The translations under genes were made by a program, and so were the position numbers. From the IMG/VR virus record IMGVR_UViG_3300020045_012556, positions 1-32,650 of that record: 32,650 bases of DNA. One strand, written 5' to 3'. Each line of letters starts with the position of its first letter. The first letter of the stretch is position 1. The stretch comes from a virus (lineage: Duplodnaviria > Caudoviricetes). The notes beneath the pieces are model-generated. The model saw nothing but the letters and a program-made list of their open reading frames with translations, searched no databases and was not told the origin of the DNA. This document shows positions 17,282-26,154 of the stretch, piece by piece.

Positions 17282-17387
17282 TACTTTTTTCTTTAGTCGT
17301 AAAAAATCCGCAACCTTTGCAAGATAAAATATTTCTGATAAAACATTCTTTCCAATTTTTATCCGTGCAACAGTCAGGTTTTTTCAT
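17256..17387 (-). CDS. 43-aa Cys-rich peptide
   Basis: MKKPDCCTDKNWKECFIRNILSCKGCGFF...; ATGA coupling. Confidence 0.5.
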   Translation of the reverse strand: MKKPDCCTDKNWKECFIRNILSCKGCGFFTTKEKSIDNKNIKK

Positions 17388-17725
17388 GGTTGTATATCCT
17401 CGATAGTAAGCGGTTCGATTGATTTTAAAAATCCTGTGTTTAAAAGCTCAATATATCCTTGAGTTAATAATATATAAGCGTATTGAGAATGATTATCAAG
17501 TGTCTTCACAACCTTTCCGATATATTTAGTTAAGTCGATCGGACGCGGTATTACCCAAATATGAGGTATCGGCATATTATGTTTAATTTTAATCTTTCCG
17601 AGTTCATCATTGTTTTTACCAAAAAGTTCAACGCTATCATGTGATAAATACAACCACACCAGATCATCCAGCTCGAAAGGTTTTAATGCTTCGTATAGTT
17701 CATCCATTGTGCTAAATGTTTTCAT
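17384..17725 (-). CDS. Hypothetical protein
   Basis: 113-aa ORF, translationally coupled at both ends. Confidence 0.75.
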   Translation of the reverse strand: MKTFSTMDELYEALKPFELDDLVWLYLSHDSVELFGKNNDELGKIKIKHNMPIPHIWVIPRPIDLTKYIGKVVKTLDNHSQYAYILLTQGYIELLNTGFLKSIEPLTIEDIQP

Positions 17726-17922
17726 TATTCCCCCAACATTATAAATATTTCATTTATAATTCTATCAATATTTATATTTCCAAATTCCGCAGTATATTTG
17801 GAATCGTTTACTTCATTACAACTCCATATTATATTGCCTTTATAATCAACAACTTGAATTATTGTATTGTCGGAAATTATTTCTTGCAATCTGTCTCTTT
17901 GTGTCTCTGTTAATGCAATCAT
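17725..17922 (-). CDS. Hypothetical protein
   Basis: 65 aa; GGAGG SD. Confidence 0.75.
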   Translation of the reverse strand: MIALTETQRDRLQEIISDNTIIQVVDYKGNIIWSCNEVNDSKYTAEFGNINIDRIINEIFIMLGE

Positions 17923-18114
17923 TTAATTACCTCCTCTATTTTATCACCGGTTATGCGTTCGATAAAAATTTTTAAGAATTTACCACAGTTTAAATCTTTT
18001 GACTTATTTTATTTTCATATTTTTCTTGTTCGCATCCTGAACACAAATGTTTATATTCATTAACTATATGCTCTAACATCTCTTGTTTATCAGGATCATC
18101 CGGAAAATAGTTTT

Positions 18115-18315
18115 TCATTTTTTACTCCCATAATTTTTATTATTATACCCTAAATAATAATTTTGTTTACACTCCTCACATTTTTCATCAACCTCATTTT
18201 TGCATAAAGCGCAAGGAGCAATAATTCTATTTTTTATATCTTGCAACTCAATCTCTAAATCATTTATTGCTCGTTTAATCATACTATTATGTTTTATAAT
18301 TTCGTTAACTTTCAT
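18115..18315 (-). CDS. Hypothetical protein with CxxC...CxxC
   Basis: CALC...CEEC; TAATG coupling. Confidence 0.7.
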   Translation of the reverse strand: MKVNEIIKHNSMIKRAINDLEIELQDIKNRIIAPCALCKNEVDEKCEECKQNYYLGYNNKNYGSKK

Positions 18316-18506
18316 TAAAAACCTCTAATATAATCTAAACACATCTGTTCAACGTCATCGAGTTTATTTGCCCATTTAATTATATTTAAAATTGACACGT
18401 CGCATATAGTTATATCATTTATATCCAAACTTTCATCAACCTGATTTTCGTACTCTTTCGGTTGATAATCACAATCCACATTAAAAAATTCGAACTCTAT
18501 AATCAT
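18315..18506 (-). CDS. Acidic hypothetical protein
   Basis: 63 aa; coupled to its neighbours. Confidence 0.7.
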   Translation of the reverse strand: MIIEFEFFNVDCDYQPKEYENQVDESLDINDITICDVSILNIIKWANKLDDVEQMCLDYIRGF

Positions 18507-18757
18507 TTTATTTTATCCATCTGATGAAATTTTCTGCCTTCAAAAGTCACCGAAATTTTTAACGGAAATTCGGAATCTTCGTCAAAATTAAAAAAACAAT
18601 TATCAGCAACATCAAAAATTTTTTTAATTCCTGACGAAACATGATAGCGTTGATCTTCGAACCCACAAAACATAATGCCAAGCTCCGCAAGATTTTCTTT
18701 AATTGCAGTTATTTCATTTTCTTTTACAATTAAATCTTTTAATAATTGTTTTATCAT
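18503..18757 (-). CDS. Hypothetical protein
   Basis: 84 aa; AGAGG SD downstream of a promoter. Confidence 0.75.
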   Translation of the reverse strand: MIKQLLKDLIVKENEITAIKENLAELGIMFCGFEDQRYHVSSGIKKIFDVADNCFFNFDEDSEFPLKISVTFEGRKFHQMDKIK

Positions 18758-18777
18758 TTTCTTTAACCTCTACCGTC

Positions 18778-18805
18778 ATAATATATCAGTCGGACAATAT
18801 GTCAA
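18778..18805 (-). promoter_or_regulatory. Sigma70-type promoter with operator TGTCCGACT
   Basis: TTGACA-16-TATTAT; operator at 18788-18796. Confidence 0.75.
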
Positions 18806-18835
18806 GAAGTATTTTCTTTAAATATATTTTTCCCA

Positions 18836-19066
18836 TTATTTTACTTCTTCAAAATGTATTTTATTCAGCACACAATCATATTTTTTACCGTATTCATGGC
18901 ATTGTTTTTCTTTGCCGTTGAAATAGCATTTATTACATTGCCAGGTTGTTGATTGCGCTATTTTCAAAAATATTGGCTGATGATCAATAAAAACTCCGTT
19001 AATCAGTACTGGCATATCATCTCTGAGTTTCGATAACATTTTTTTTAAATCTTTAATTATTTTCAT
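18836..19066 (-). CDS. Cys-containing hypothetical protein
   Basis: CNKC...C...C; GGAG SD. Confidence 0.7.
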   Translation of the reverse strand: MKIIKDLKKMLSKLRDDMPVLINGVFIDHQPIFLKIAQSTTWQCNKCYFNGKEKQCHEYGKKYDCVLNKIHFEEVK

Positions 19067-19604
19067 TTATAAACTCCATTATTTTTTGTGTCATGTATTC
19101 GTCATCTGTGTTTCCAGCCTCAATAAGTTCGAGCACGTATTTTACCAATTCGGGTGTTTTGTTTTCTTCAACTATATCACCCCATTTTTTAACTGGTCGC
19201 AAGGATTCGTCTAAAATATAACCGGCAATTGATTTTATACATAATCCTTTTTCGTAAAGCGCGTGTCCGGGATTCTGCGGAATGTTTTTTGTCGAATATT
19301 GTGTTGCTGTTTTTTCTGTTAATCCTTGCGCGATAAAATAATCATAGATGTTTTTTTGAGTAATTATAAAATCAGAATTACTACCCGAAAATTTCCAAAT
19401 TCTAACGGCAAGCAACGCAGGATCATTTTTTATTTTATACATTTTTGCCTTTTCGGTTGGTGTGAAACTCCAACCTTTTTCTAAAGAGTAATCCATAAAA
19501 CTTTCAATAATTCTGCTAATCGGAACTTTTAAATAAGCCGAAAATTCATCTAATCGTGTAATTTTATCAGCTGATAGCGAAACGTGAATAGATTGTTTTC
19601 TCAT
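19053..19604 (-). CDS. Ribbon-helix-helix domain DNA-binding protein with an additional C-terminal domain
   Basis: RKQSIHVSLS (strand), ADKITRLDEFSAYL (helix), ISRIIESFMDYSL (helix). Confidence 0.7.
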   Translation of the reverse strand: MRKQSIHVSLSADKITRLDEFSAYLKVPISRIIESFMDYSLEKGWSFTPTEKAKMYKIKNDPALLAVRIWKFSGSNSDFIITQKNIYDYFIAQGLTEKTATQYSTKNIPQNPGHALYEKGLCIKSIAGYILDESLRPVKKWGDIVEENKTPELVKYVLELIEAGNTDDEYMTQKIMEFINENN

Positions 19605-19777
19605 TATTTTTTACCTTCTTTAATTTTAAAAAGTTTATTCTTGAGAGCAAAATTTACCATTGATCTTAAAATAGCAGAACTTGAAGTGTTATTTTTCCCG
19701 GCTTCATTTTCTACAATTTTTAAAACATGATATTTTAGAGACATTGGAAACGTAATCATTTTTTCTTTTTCTAACAT
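19604..19777 (-). CDS. 57-aa ribbon-helix-helix (Arc/CopG-like) protein
   Basis: MLEKEKMITFPMSLKYHVLKIVENEAGKNNTSSSAILRSMVNFALKNK...; AGGAG SD; TAATG coupling. Confidence 0.7.
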   Translation of the reverse strand: MLEKEKMITFPMSLKYHVLKIVENEAGKNNTSSSAILRSMVNFALKNKLFKIKEGKK

Positions 19778-19976
19778 AAAATACTCCTGTAATTGTTTTT
19801 GTCAACGTATTACATTTTATACTGTAAAAAATGTCAACCATAAAATTTAACAATTACCAACTTTTTTATAAAAAATACCAATAAAAACGCTATTTTTCGT
19901 CGGTAAAAAAACACTTAAAATGCTATTTTGTAAACGTTTTTACTAATTTTTTGGTAGATTGTAAAAGTAATATATA

Positions 19977-20006
19977 ATAGGGGGTATATGTTAATATACC
20001 CCCTAT
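19977..20006. repeat. Perfect 13-bp inverted repeat in the divergent intergenic region
   Basis: ATAGGGGGTATAT-GTTA-ATATACCCCCTAT. Confidence 0.9.
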
Positions 20007-20049
20007 ATAGATTAGTTTTACTACCCGATTATTACCAGATAAAAAAGGC

Positions 20050-20077
20050 TTGACTTATGATTATAAATATGTTTAAT
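20050..20077 (+). promoter_or_regulatory. Possible rightward promoter
   Basis: TTGACT-16-TTTAAT; shares TATGTTTAAT with the capsid promoter. Confidence 0.45.
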
Positions 20078-20254
20078 GGCGGTATGATACATTATATTAA
20101 ATCAATCGGTTTTGACAAAACTTCTACATTTTTTATAATCCCGTGTTTACGGTTATATTATGATGTCGATCATTTAATCAGTTATTTAGTTTTAGATTTT
20201 AGTTTTTTATATTTTCATACACAACTCATCCGCAGGAATTCTAAATTTATATGA
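20057..20254 (+). CDS. Hypothetical protein (start uncertain)
   Basis: ATGA overlap with the nuclease gene, but overlapped by promoter motifs. Confidence 0.35.
   Translation: MIINMFNGGMIHYIKSIGFDKTSTFFIIPCLRLYYDVDHLISYLVLDFSFLYFHTQLIRRNSKFI
20112..20139 (+). promoter_or_regulatory. Consensus sigma70 promoter for the packaging operon
   Basis: TTGACA-16-TATAAT. Confidence 0.75.
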
Positions 20255-20610
20255 AACGCGAAGAAGATAAAATCCAATCGGCAATCGTTCAGTGGTTGCA
20301 ATTGCATAACTACTGGTTTTGCTCAATCCCAAATGAGGCAGCGTCAAAATCGTCAGGCGAAAATACTAAATCGGCTATGATTAGAGTTGGCACGCTTAAA
20401 TCAATGGGGATGAGATCCGGCGCACCAGACCTAATAATTTTTCTTGACGGTGGTAGATTACTTTGTATAGAGTGTAAAGCACCGACTGGTCATCAGTCAC
20501 CTGCACAGATAAATTTCGAAAGTCGCTTAAAACAATTGCAACATAAATACATTGTTGTGCGTTCTCTTGATGATATTTGTAAAATATTAAATAACGGTGA
20601 AAAAAGATAA
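20251..20610 (+). CDS. VRR-NUC-family nuclease (putative Holliday junction resolvase)
   Basis: EDKIQ..IV.WL, IPNE, GMRSGAPDL, IECKAPTG.QS..Q, VVRS motifs. Confidence 0.9.
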   Translation: MKREEDKIQSAIVQWLQLHNYWFCSIPNEAASKSSGENTKSAMIRVGTLKSMGMRSGAPDLIIFLDGGRLLCIECKAPTGHQSPAQINFESRLKQLQHKYIVVRSLDDICKILNNGEKR

Positions 20611-20925
20611 ATGGCTACCGAAGAAAATCTGATTCCATTCAACGAGAGATCAGAGGAAGATCAGAGACGCATCCGTTCGATGGGTGGAAAAAAATCAGGA
20701 GTCGTTCGCAGAGAACAAAAATTGATGTCGCAAATCATCTTACGATTTCTTGATAAAACTCCGGACGCTATATTTGATGAGGCTTTAGTGGGATGTTTGA
20801 AAAATAAAGATTCGTCATCCGTGCAGGTTATGAAAATGATTCATGAAGCGACTGAGGGCAAGAAGATAAAAAAAGTTGTCGATCTTGATGAAGATAAAAA
20901 TTTACTTGAGGAATTATTAAAATGA
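20611..20925 (+). CDS. Putative terminase small subunit
   Basis: ENLIPFNERS.E..R....GGKKSG..RR motif; upstream of TerL. Confidence 0.65.
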   Translation: MATEENLIPFNERSEEDQRRIRSMGGKKSGVVRREQKLMSQIILRFLDKTPDAIFDEALVGCLKNKDSSSVQVMKMIHEATEGKKIKKVVDLDEDKNLLEELLK

Positions 20926-21122
20926 AAAAAATTAGACGCGCTATTTCGATTTTTATTATTGAGCTTCTATGCGACCTTGAGAATATCAGGTTTAACGGTA
21001 GGCTTCCAAAACGTGAACTTGCATCGTTTAAAAAATGGGTTGTTGAAGAAAAAGAAAAAATAGCAAAAGGAAAATCAAAACTGAATAAAAAAATGAGAAA
21101 AGAAATTCAAGATTTACCATAA
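20922..21122 (+). CDS. Basic hypothetical protein
   Basis: 66 aa; GAGG SD; ATGA coupling. Confidence 0.65.
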   Translation: MKKIRRAISIFIIELLCDLENIRFNGRLPKRELASFKKWVVEEKEKIAKGKSKLNKKMRKEIQDLP

Positions 21123-21208
21123 TTAACAATCGGTTTTTATCGTGCTATCAACCACGATCATTAACAGAGAGACGGCGTAACTCTCAATTTGCAATAATTA
21201 GGTCGCAT

Positions 21209-21400
21209 ATGAAACATTGGGTTAAATTACAAATACTTAAAAATGAAATAATATTTAATAAAATAATAGATTTTTATTTAGATAAAATATATACGAATTT
21301 AATTACATTAGTTTTTAATATTTTTGATATGTGTAAAAATAATTATAATTATATAATTGAAATCGAAAAACAATATAAAAAACTCAAGGCAAAAAAATAA
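21209..21400 (+). CDS. Hypothetical protein (very AT-rich)
   Basis: 63-aa ORF abutting terL. Confidence 0.5.
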   Translation: MKHWVKLQILKNEIIFNKIIDFYLDKIYTNLITLVFNIFDMCKNNYNYIIEIEKQYKKLKAKK

Positions 21401-22630
21401 TTGAGCATAGCATTACCATTAAATCAAAAATCCCGTGACGCTATAAAATCTAAAGGATTTATGAAAATATATGAGGGCAGCGTCAGATCATCTAAAACCG
21501 TTACCAGTTTAGTAGACTGGTATTATCATATTATAAACTCACCCGAAAATGTTTTTTTAATGACCGGCTCAACAATGGGAAGCCTTGCTCGAAATTGTCT
21601 TGATGGTGATTTCGGTTTTATCGCAATCACGCGCGGGAAAGCAATTAAAAAAACTGATACAGATCAATCTAAATTTTTAGAGTTAGGAAACAAAAGAATT
21701 TATTATTGCGGTTCTGACAACGCAGCTTCTTATAAAAAAATACGCGGTCTAACAATTGGGGCATCATATTCAGATGAAATAAATTTGCACAATAAACAAT
21801 TTGTTGAAACAATGTTTGCGCGTTCGATGGTTTCAAGAGATCGTTTAATAATAGGCACGCTCAATCCTGATGTACCTACTCACTGGCTCTATAAAGATTA
21901 TCTTGATGTTTATGAGCGCGAACAGACAATTGGTTACAATTGGTTTCATTTTACAATTGATGATAATCCGGCGTTCACGGAAGAACGAAAAGAAGAAATA
22001 CGCGCGCAATACAAGGGTGTGTTCTATGATCGTTACATACTCGGTTTACGTGTGCGTGCGGAAGGTCAATGTTATCCATCGTTTACGAAAGAAAATATAT
22101 GCGACGTTTTGCCCGCCGAAAAGATTTTGTTTGCTCAGATCGGTGTTGATATTGGTGGACAATCTTCGGCATCAGTGTTTACGTTGACTGGATTTTTTTT
22201 CAGAGATAAAAAACTTTATGCTGTTGTTTTAGATGAGTTTTACGATAATGAAAACAAAAGCGTCGAGTCGGTATTAAATAATTTCAAACTGTTTGTGAAA
22301 AAATGCCAGACTAAATATATGTGTAACGATGCATATATAGATTCGGCAGAGCAGCTGATTCTGAAATCAATGAGGAACTTGGGAATTATAAACGTTTACA
22401 ACTCGCTGAAAAAACCTATCGTTGATAGAATACGTTTTTCCGATTTGATGTTTTCTCAAAAAAGACTTTTTATTATGAGCCATTGCGAAAAACTTATTGA
22501 ATCAAAATCGTCAGCGTGCTGGAATCCTAAATCTGAAAAAGAAGAACGTCTCGACGATGGATCGTATAACGTGGATAGTTTAGACAGTTTTGAATACAGT
22601 ATTGAAAATAAAATGAGGGATTTCATATGA
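21401..22630 (+). CDS. terL: Terminase large subunit (PBSX-like family)
   Basis: EGSVRSSKT Walker A, IRGLT.G..Y.DE, TLNPD.P.HW, DDNP, GVDIG, C-terminal DSLDSFEY; TTG start. Confidence 0.93.
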   Translation: MSIALPLNQKSRDAIKSKGFMKIYEGSVRSSKTVTSLVDWYYHIINSPENVFLMTGSTMGSLARNCLDGDFGFIAITRGKAIKKTDTDQSKFLELGNKRIYYCGSDNAASYKKIRGLTIGASYSDEINLHNKQFVETMFARSMVSRDRLIIGTLNPDVPTHWLYKDYLDVYEREQTIGYNWFHFTIDDNPAFTEERKEEIRAQYKGVFYDRYILGLRVRAEGQCYPSFTKENICDVLPAEKILFAQIGVDIGGQSSASVFTLTGFFFRDKKLYAVVLDEFYDNENKSVESVLNNFKLFVKKCQTKYMCNDAYIDSAEQLILKSMRNLGIINVYNSLKKPIVDRIRFSDLMFSQKRLFIMSHCEKLIESKSSACWNPKSEKEERLDDGSYNVDSLDSFEYSIENKMRDFI

Positions 22631-22803
22631 AATATTTTGTAAGTTATTTTTATAATATAGGAAATAATTCAGGTTTTGGGAATACTATTTTTGATTCGAA
22701 TAAAAAAATTTGCAATCATGAAGATTTAACAAATATTAGCGAACAATTAAAAATCCTAAATAAAATTAACGATTTAACAATTTTAAATTATAGAGAGGTA
22801 TAA
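22627..22803 (+). CDS. 58-aa hypothetical protein
   Basis: MKYFVSYFYNIGNNSGFGNTIF...; GAGG SD; ATGA coupling. Confidence 0.6.
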   Translation: MKYFVSYFYNIGNNSGFGNTIFDSNKKICNHEDLTNISEQLKILNKINDLTILNYREV

Positions 22804-22804
22804 A

Positions 22805-22939
22805 ATGTTACAAAAAATATATGAATTTTTAAATTTTAAATATCCGGAAATAAAAGTTTTTTTAGTTACATTATTTGTTATTTTTATTTCCGGATATTTA
22901 GCAGGTCTTATAATTAAAATTTGCAGGTGTATGCAATGA
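22805..22939 (+). CDS. 44-aa single-TM peptide
   Basis: ...IKVFLVTLFVIFISGYLAGLIIKI...; GAGGT SD; ATGA overlap with the portal start. Confidence 0.55.
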   Translation: MLQKIYEFLNFKYPEIKVFLVTLFVIFISGYLAGLIIKICRCMQ

Positions 22940-24330
22940 TAAATATTTTAGAAAATTTTTGGAAATTAATCACAGGCCGAAAAATGGCAGAGGATATTTA
23001 TCAATCAGATGCGCTTATCCAAAAATGGTTAGCAATATACGCGGGGACTATGCCGTGGTCAGAATATAAATATCCGACGCTAGGAGGAACGATATTAACG
23101 CGCCGAAGAAAAACAATGAACGCTGCAAAACTTATTTGCTCGGAACTTGCGCGCCTTATCTGGAGTGAGTTACCCGAAATAAACACTGATGAAAATATTG
23201 AGCAGCTTTTAAAAGATAATAATTTTTTCAAAATGCTTGTCAAATTTTCAGAGTACGGAATCGCAGGTGGAGGGTTTGCGTTAAAACTTTTTTCCCCGGA
23301 CGCACTAAAACTTAAAATTGATTTTGTTACCCCGAATTATTTTATACCAGTAACATGGGATAATACTCGTATAACAGAGGCGGATTTTGTTGATAAAAAA
23401 ATTATAGATAATAAATCATATGTGACGTTAGAAAAACATAGACTCGCGGATGGCGGATATAATATTGATTTTGAATGTTATGAAGAGCTTGACGGAAAAT
23501 TCAAGCGCGATAAATCAAAAGAATCTGACACGGTGTTTATAAAAACGTCGCGTCCACTTTTTGTATATATTGCAAATCCTGAAGCAAACAATTTAAATAT
23601 GTTTTCGCCGCTCGGTATTGCGATATACGCAAATGCAATTGATACATTAGAGTCATTAGACATAGCGTTTGACGCATTAAACCAAGAAATAATTTTGGGA
23701 AGGAAAAGAATTATTGTACCTGCGTCGGCAGTGCGAACTGTTACTGATACCGCACACCCGAACAGATTAGTGAGATATTTTGATCCGAGTGACGAAATTT
23801 TTCAGGCGTTTAATCAAGAGGATGCACAAAACATTAAAATTACAGATAACTCGGTTGAATTGAGGATAGACGAAATACGATTAGCTATTCAGACGTTGTT
23901 AGATATTTTTTGCACACAGACAGGATTCTCAGCCGGTTCATTTAGTTTTGACGGCGTGAGTATGAAAACAGCGACCGAAGTGATTTCTGAAAACTCTAAA
24001 ACTTTTAAATTAAAACAGAGCTATGAAAATAATATTGGAGCAGGAATTCTTGAGTTGCTGGAATCCATTAGAGAAATCGGAGCGAACTATGGATTAACAA
24101 TATCGCAGAACGAATATAATATTACGTTTAATGACGCTGTTATTGAAGATCGAAATTCTAAAACTGATTATTGGTTAAAAAGATATATAGCTAAAACTTG
24201 CACACTCGAAAATGTGTTAGAAGAACTTGATGGAGATACCGAAGACGAAGCAAAAGCAAAAGCAGAACAAATAAATAATCAAAATGCTACGGTTGATATT
24301 AATTCAATTTTCGGAACTAAAACAGAATGA
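22936..24330 (+). CDS. Portal protein (A118-like / SPP1 gp6 family)
   Basis: NAAKLIC.ELA.L, SPLG.AIYANAID.L..LD, KTATEVISENS.T motifs; start taken at ATG 22936. Confidence 0.92.
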   Translation: MINILENFWKLITGRKMAEDIYQSDALIQKWLAIYAGTMPWSEYKYPTLGGTILTRRRKTMNAAKLICSELARLIWSELPEINTDENIEQLLKDNNFFKMLVKFSEYGIAGGGFALKLFSPDALKLKIDFVTPNYFIPVTWDNTRITEADFVDKKIIDNKSYVTLEKHRLADGGYNIDFECYEELDGKFKRDKSKESDTVFIKTSRPLFVYIANPEANNLNMFSPLGIAIYANAIDTLESLDIAFDALNQEIILGRKRIIVPASAVRTVTDTAHPNRLVRYFDPSDEIFQAFNQEDAQNIKITDNSVELRIDEIRLAIQTLLDIFCTQTGFSAGSFSFDGVSMKTATEVISENSKTFKLKQSYENNIGAGILELLESIREIGANYGLTISQNEYNITFNDAVIEDRNSKTDYWLKRYIAKTCTLENVLEELDGDTEDEAKAKAEQINNQNATVDINSIFGTKTE

Positions 24331-24470
24331 AAAAATATGATTTATTAGAATTTACAAATGAAAGAATTAAGCGCGCGAACAATAAAGAGAAATATAAAAT
24401 CGGGATTAAATATGAAAATGATAATCCTGAATCAAATGTTTTATATTATTATTTTGTTGGTGAAGAATGA
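24327..24470 (+). CDS. 47-aa hypothetical protein
   Basis: Exactly fills the gap between portal and minor capsid genes, with ATGA overlaps at both ends. Confidence 0.6.
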   Translation: MKKYDLLEFTNERIKRANNKEKYKIGIKYENDNPESNVLYYYFVGEE

Positions 24471-25519
24471 CGTCCGCTGAAATATTGTATGAAATGGAAA
24501 CTCAGATCATGGCGAACATCGCTCGTATGTTAGGCGCAGGCAGTGATGTGTCCGCTGAATGGCAAATGAAAAAACTTGCAGAGATCGGAACATTGCGCCG
24601 TGAAAATGTTGATATTGTGCGTGGATATATTATTGACGCTACAGATTCGGCACGTGAAGAAATAATCAAAGCGGGAAACGCGGCAGCCGTTGGATTTGAT
24701 AAAAAAATGGATGCAGATAGTTTGGCCGCAGCGCTTGCCCCGGATACATCGCCGACATTGCGTGCAATTTGGACAACGTGGGAAACTAAAACTATGCAGC
24801 AATTTAGAAATCTAGGAATGACGTTGATAAATTCTGCTGAAAAAATTTATATCGAAACTATTACAAAAGCGACTGCTCAGGCACTGGCCGGACAAATAAC
24901 TTTGAGACAAGCAATCGCACAGGCCGCGACCGATTGGAGCGCAACGGGATTAGCCGGTTTGGTGGATGCAGGTAATAGAAAATGGAGTGTTGAGGCATAC
25001 GCGCAAACTGTAATTAAATCAAACATCAGACAGGTCGTGACCGAAACAGTTTTAGGCAGATCAAAAGAACTCGGTAATAATTTAGTTGAGGTATCAAGTC
25101 ACATAGGTGCGCGTCCATTGTGTGAATTATATCAAGGTCGCATATATTGTCTGGAAGGCGACAAAGAAAGTACAGGATATCCAAATTTATACAATGATAC
25201 GTCGTACGGAGAAATTGCCGGTTTATTTGGTATCAATTGCGGGCATCAAATGTATCCGTACATTGAGGGCACTGAACAAACTTTTGAACCATACTCAAAA
25301 GAACAAAACGACGAGGTGTATGATGAGAGTCAACAGCAAAGAGCGTTTGAAAGATCAATAAGGTCGGCAAAAAGAAAATTGGAAATCGCTAATGCCTTAA
25401 ATGATCCGACAGCGATTGAAGCAGCTAAACAAAGAGTATCCGAAAAACAGGCAAATATCAGGAAATTTATTGACGAGACTGGAAGAACACGCAGAAACGC
25501 ACGCGAACAAATATTTTAA
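24467..25519 (+). CDS. Minor capsid protein (A118 gp4-like)
   Basis: VEVSSH.GARP.C..YQG, GL.GINC.H..YPY, QQQRAFERSIR..KR, R...REQI motifs. Confidence 0.9.
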   Translation: MTSAEILYEMETQIMANIARMLGAGSDVSAEWQMKKLAEIGTLRRENVDIVRGYIIDATDSAREEIIKAGNAAAVGFDKKMDADSLAAALAPDTSPTLRAIWTTWETKTMQQFRNLGMTLINSAEKIYIETITKATAQALAGQITLRQAIAQAATDWSATGLAGLVDAGNRKWSVEAYAQTVIKSNIRQVVTETVLGRSKELGNNLVEVSSHIGARPLCELYQGRIYCLEGDKESTGYPNLYNDTSYGEIAGLFGINCGHQMYPYIEGTEQTFEPYSKEQNDEVYDESQQQRAFERSIRSAKRKLEIANALNDPTAIEAAKQRVSEKQANIRKFIDETGRTRRNAREQIF

Positions 25520-25537
25520 AATATAAGGAAGTCCCAA

Positions 25538-26119
25538 ATGACTGAAGAAGAAAAAAAAGCAGCTGAAGAATTGCAGGCAGCGAAAGACAAAGAAATCGCA
25601 GACGCAAAAGCGAAAGAAGAAGATACGCCCAAATACACGGATAAACAGCTTAATGATCTGATTGCAAAAAACGCAGGGAAAGCGATATCCAAAGCCGAGA
25701 CTGACATTTTGCTTGCCGCTGGCGTGACAACAAAAGAAGAACTAGCTGAACTAAAAAAGCTTAGAGAATCGCAGATGTCCGAGTCTGAAAAATCACAGGC
25801 GCGGATTAAAGAACTTGAGGCGGCTGACGCGACAACAAAAAAAGAAATTGATGCAGCAAAAGCAGAAACTGCCGCGTTAAAAGCCGGGGTAAGTCCAGAC
25901 AAGTCTGAAAAAGTTATGAAACTTGCGCTTTCTGGTGTGTACGAGGGCGACACGATTGAAGAAAAAGTAAAATCTGTTTTGACTGAGTTCCCTGATTTTA
26001 TCAAAACCGGAACAGACGGGAAAGCGTTTGGAAACGGCACGGAAAGCAAAACAAAAAACGCTGAAGATGATCTTCGGGAAAAAATATTTAAAAATGTCGG
26101 CTTATCAATAAAAAAATGA
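25538..26119 (+). CDS. Capsid scaffolding protein
   Basis: Charged coiled coil, KYTDKQLNDLI motif and EFPDF near the C-terminus; lies before the MCP. Confidence 0.85.
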   Translation: MTEEEKKAAEELQAAKDKEIADAKAKEEDTPKYTDKQLNDLIAKNAGKAISKAETDILLAAGVTTKEELAELKKLRESQMSESEKSQARIKELEAADATTKKEIDAAKAETAALKAGVSPDKSEKVMKLALSGVYEGDTIEEKVKSVLTEFPDFIKTGTDGKAFGNGTESKTKNAEDDLREKIFKNVGLSIKK

Positions 26120-26154
26120 TTGACTTTGTGATAAAAAATGATTGGATAAATAAA

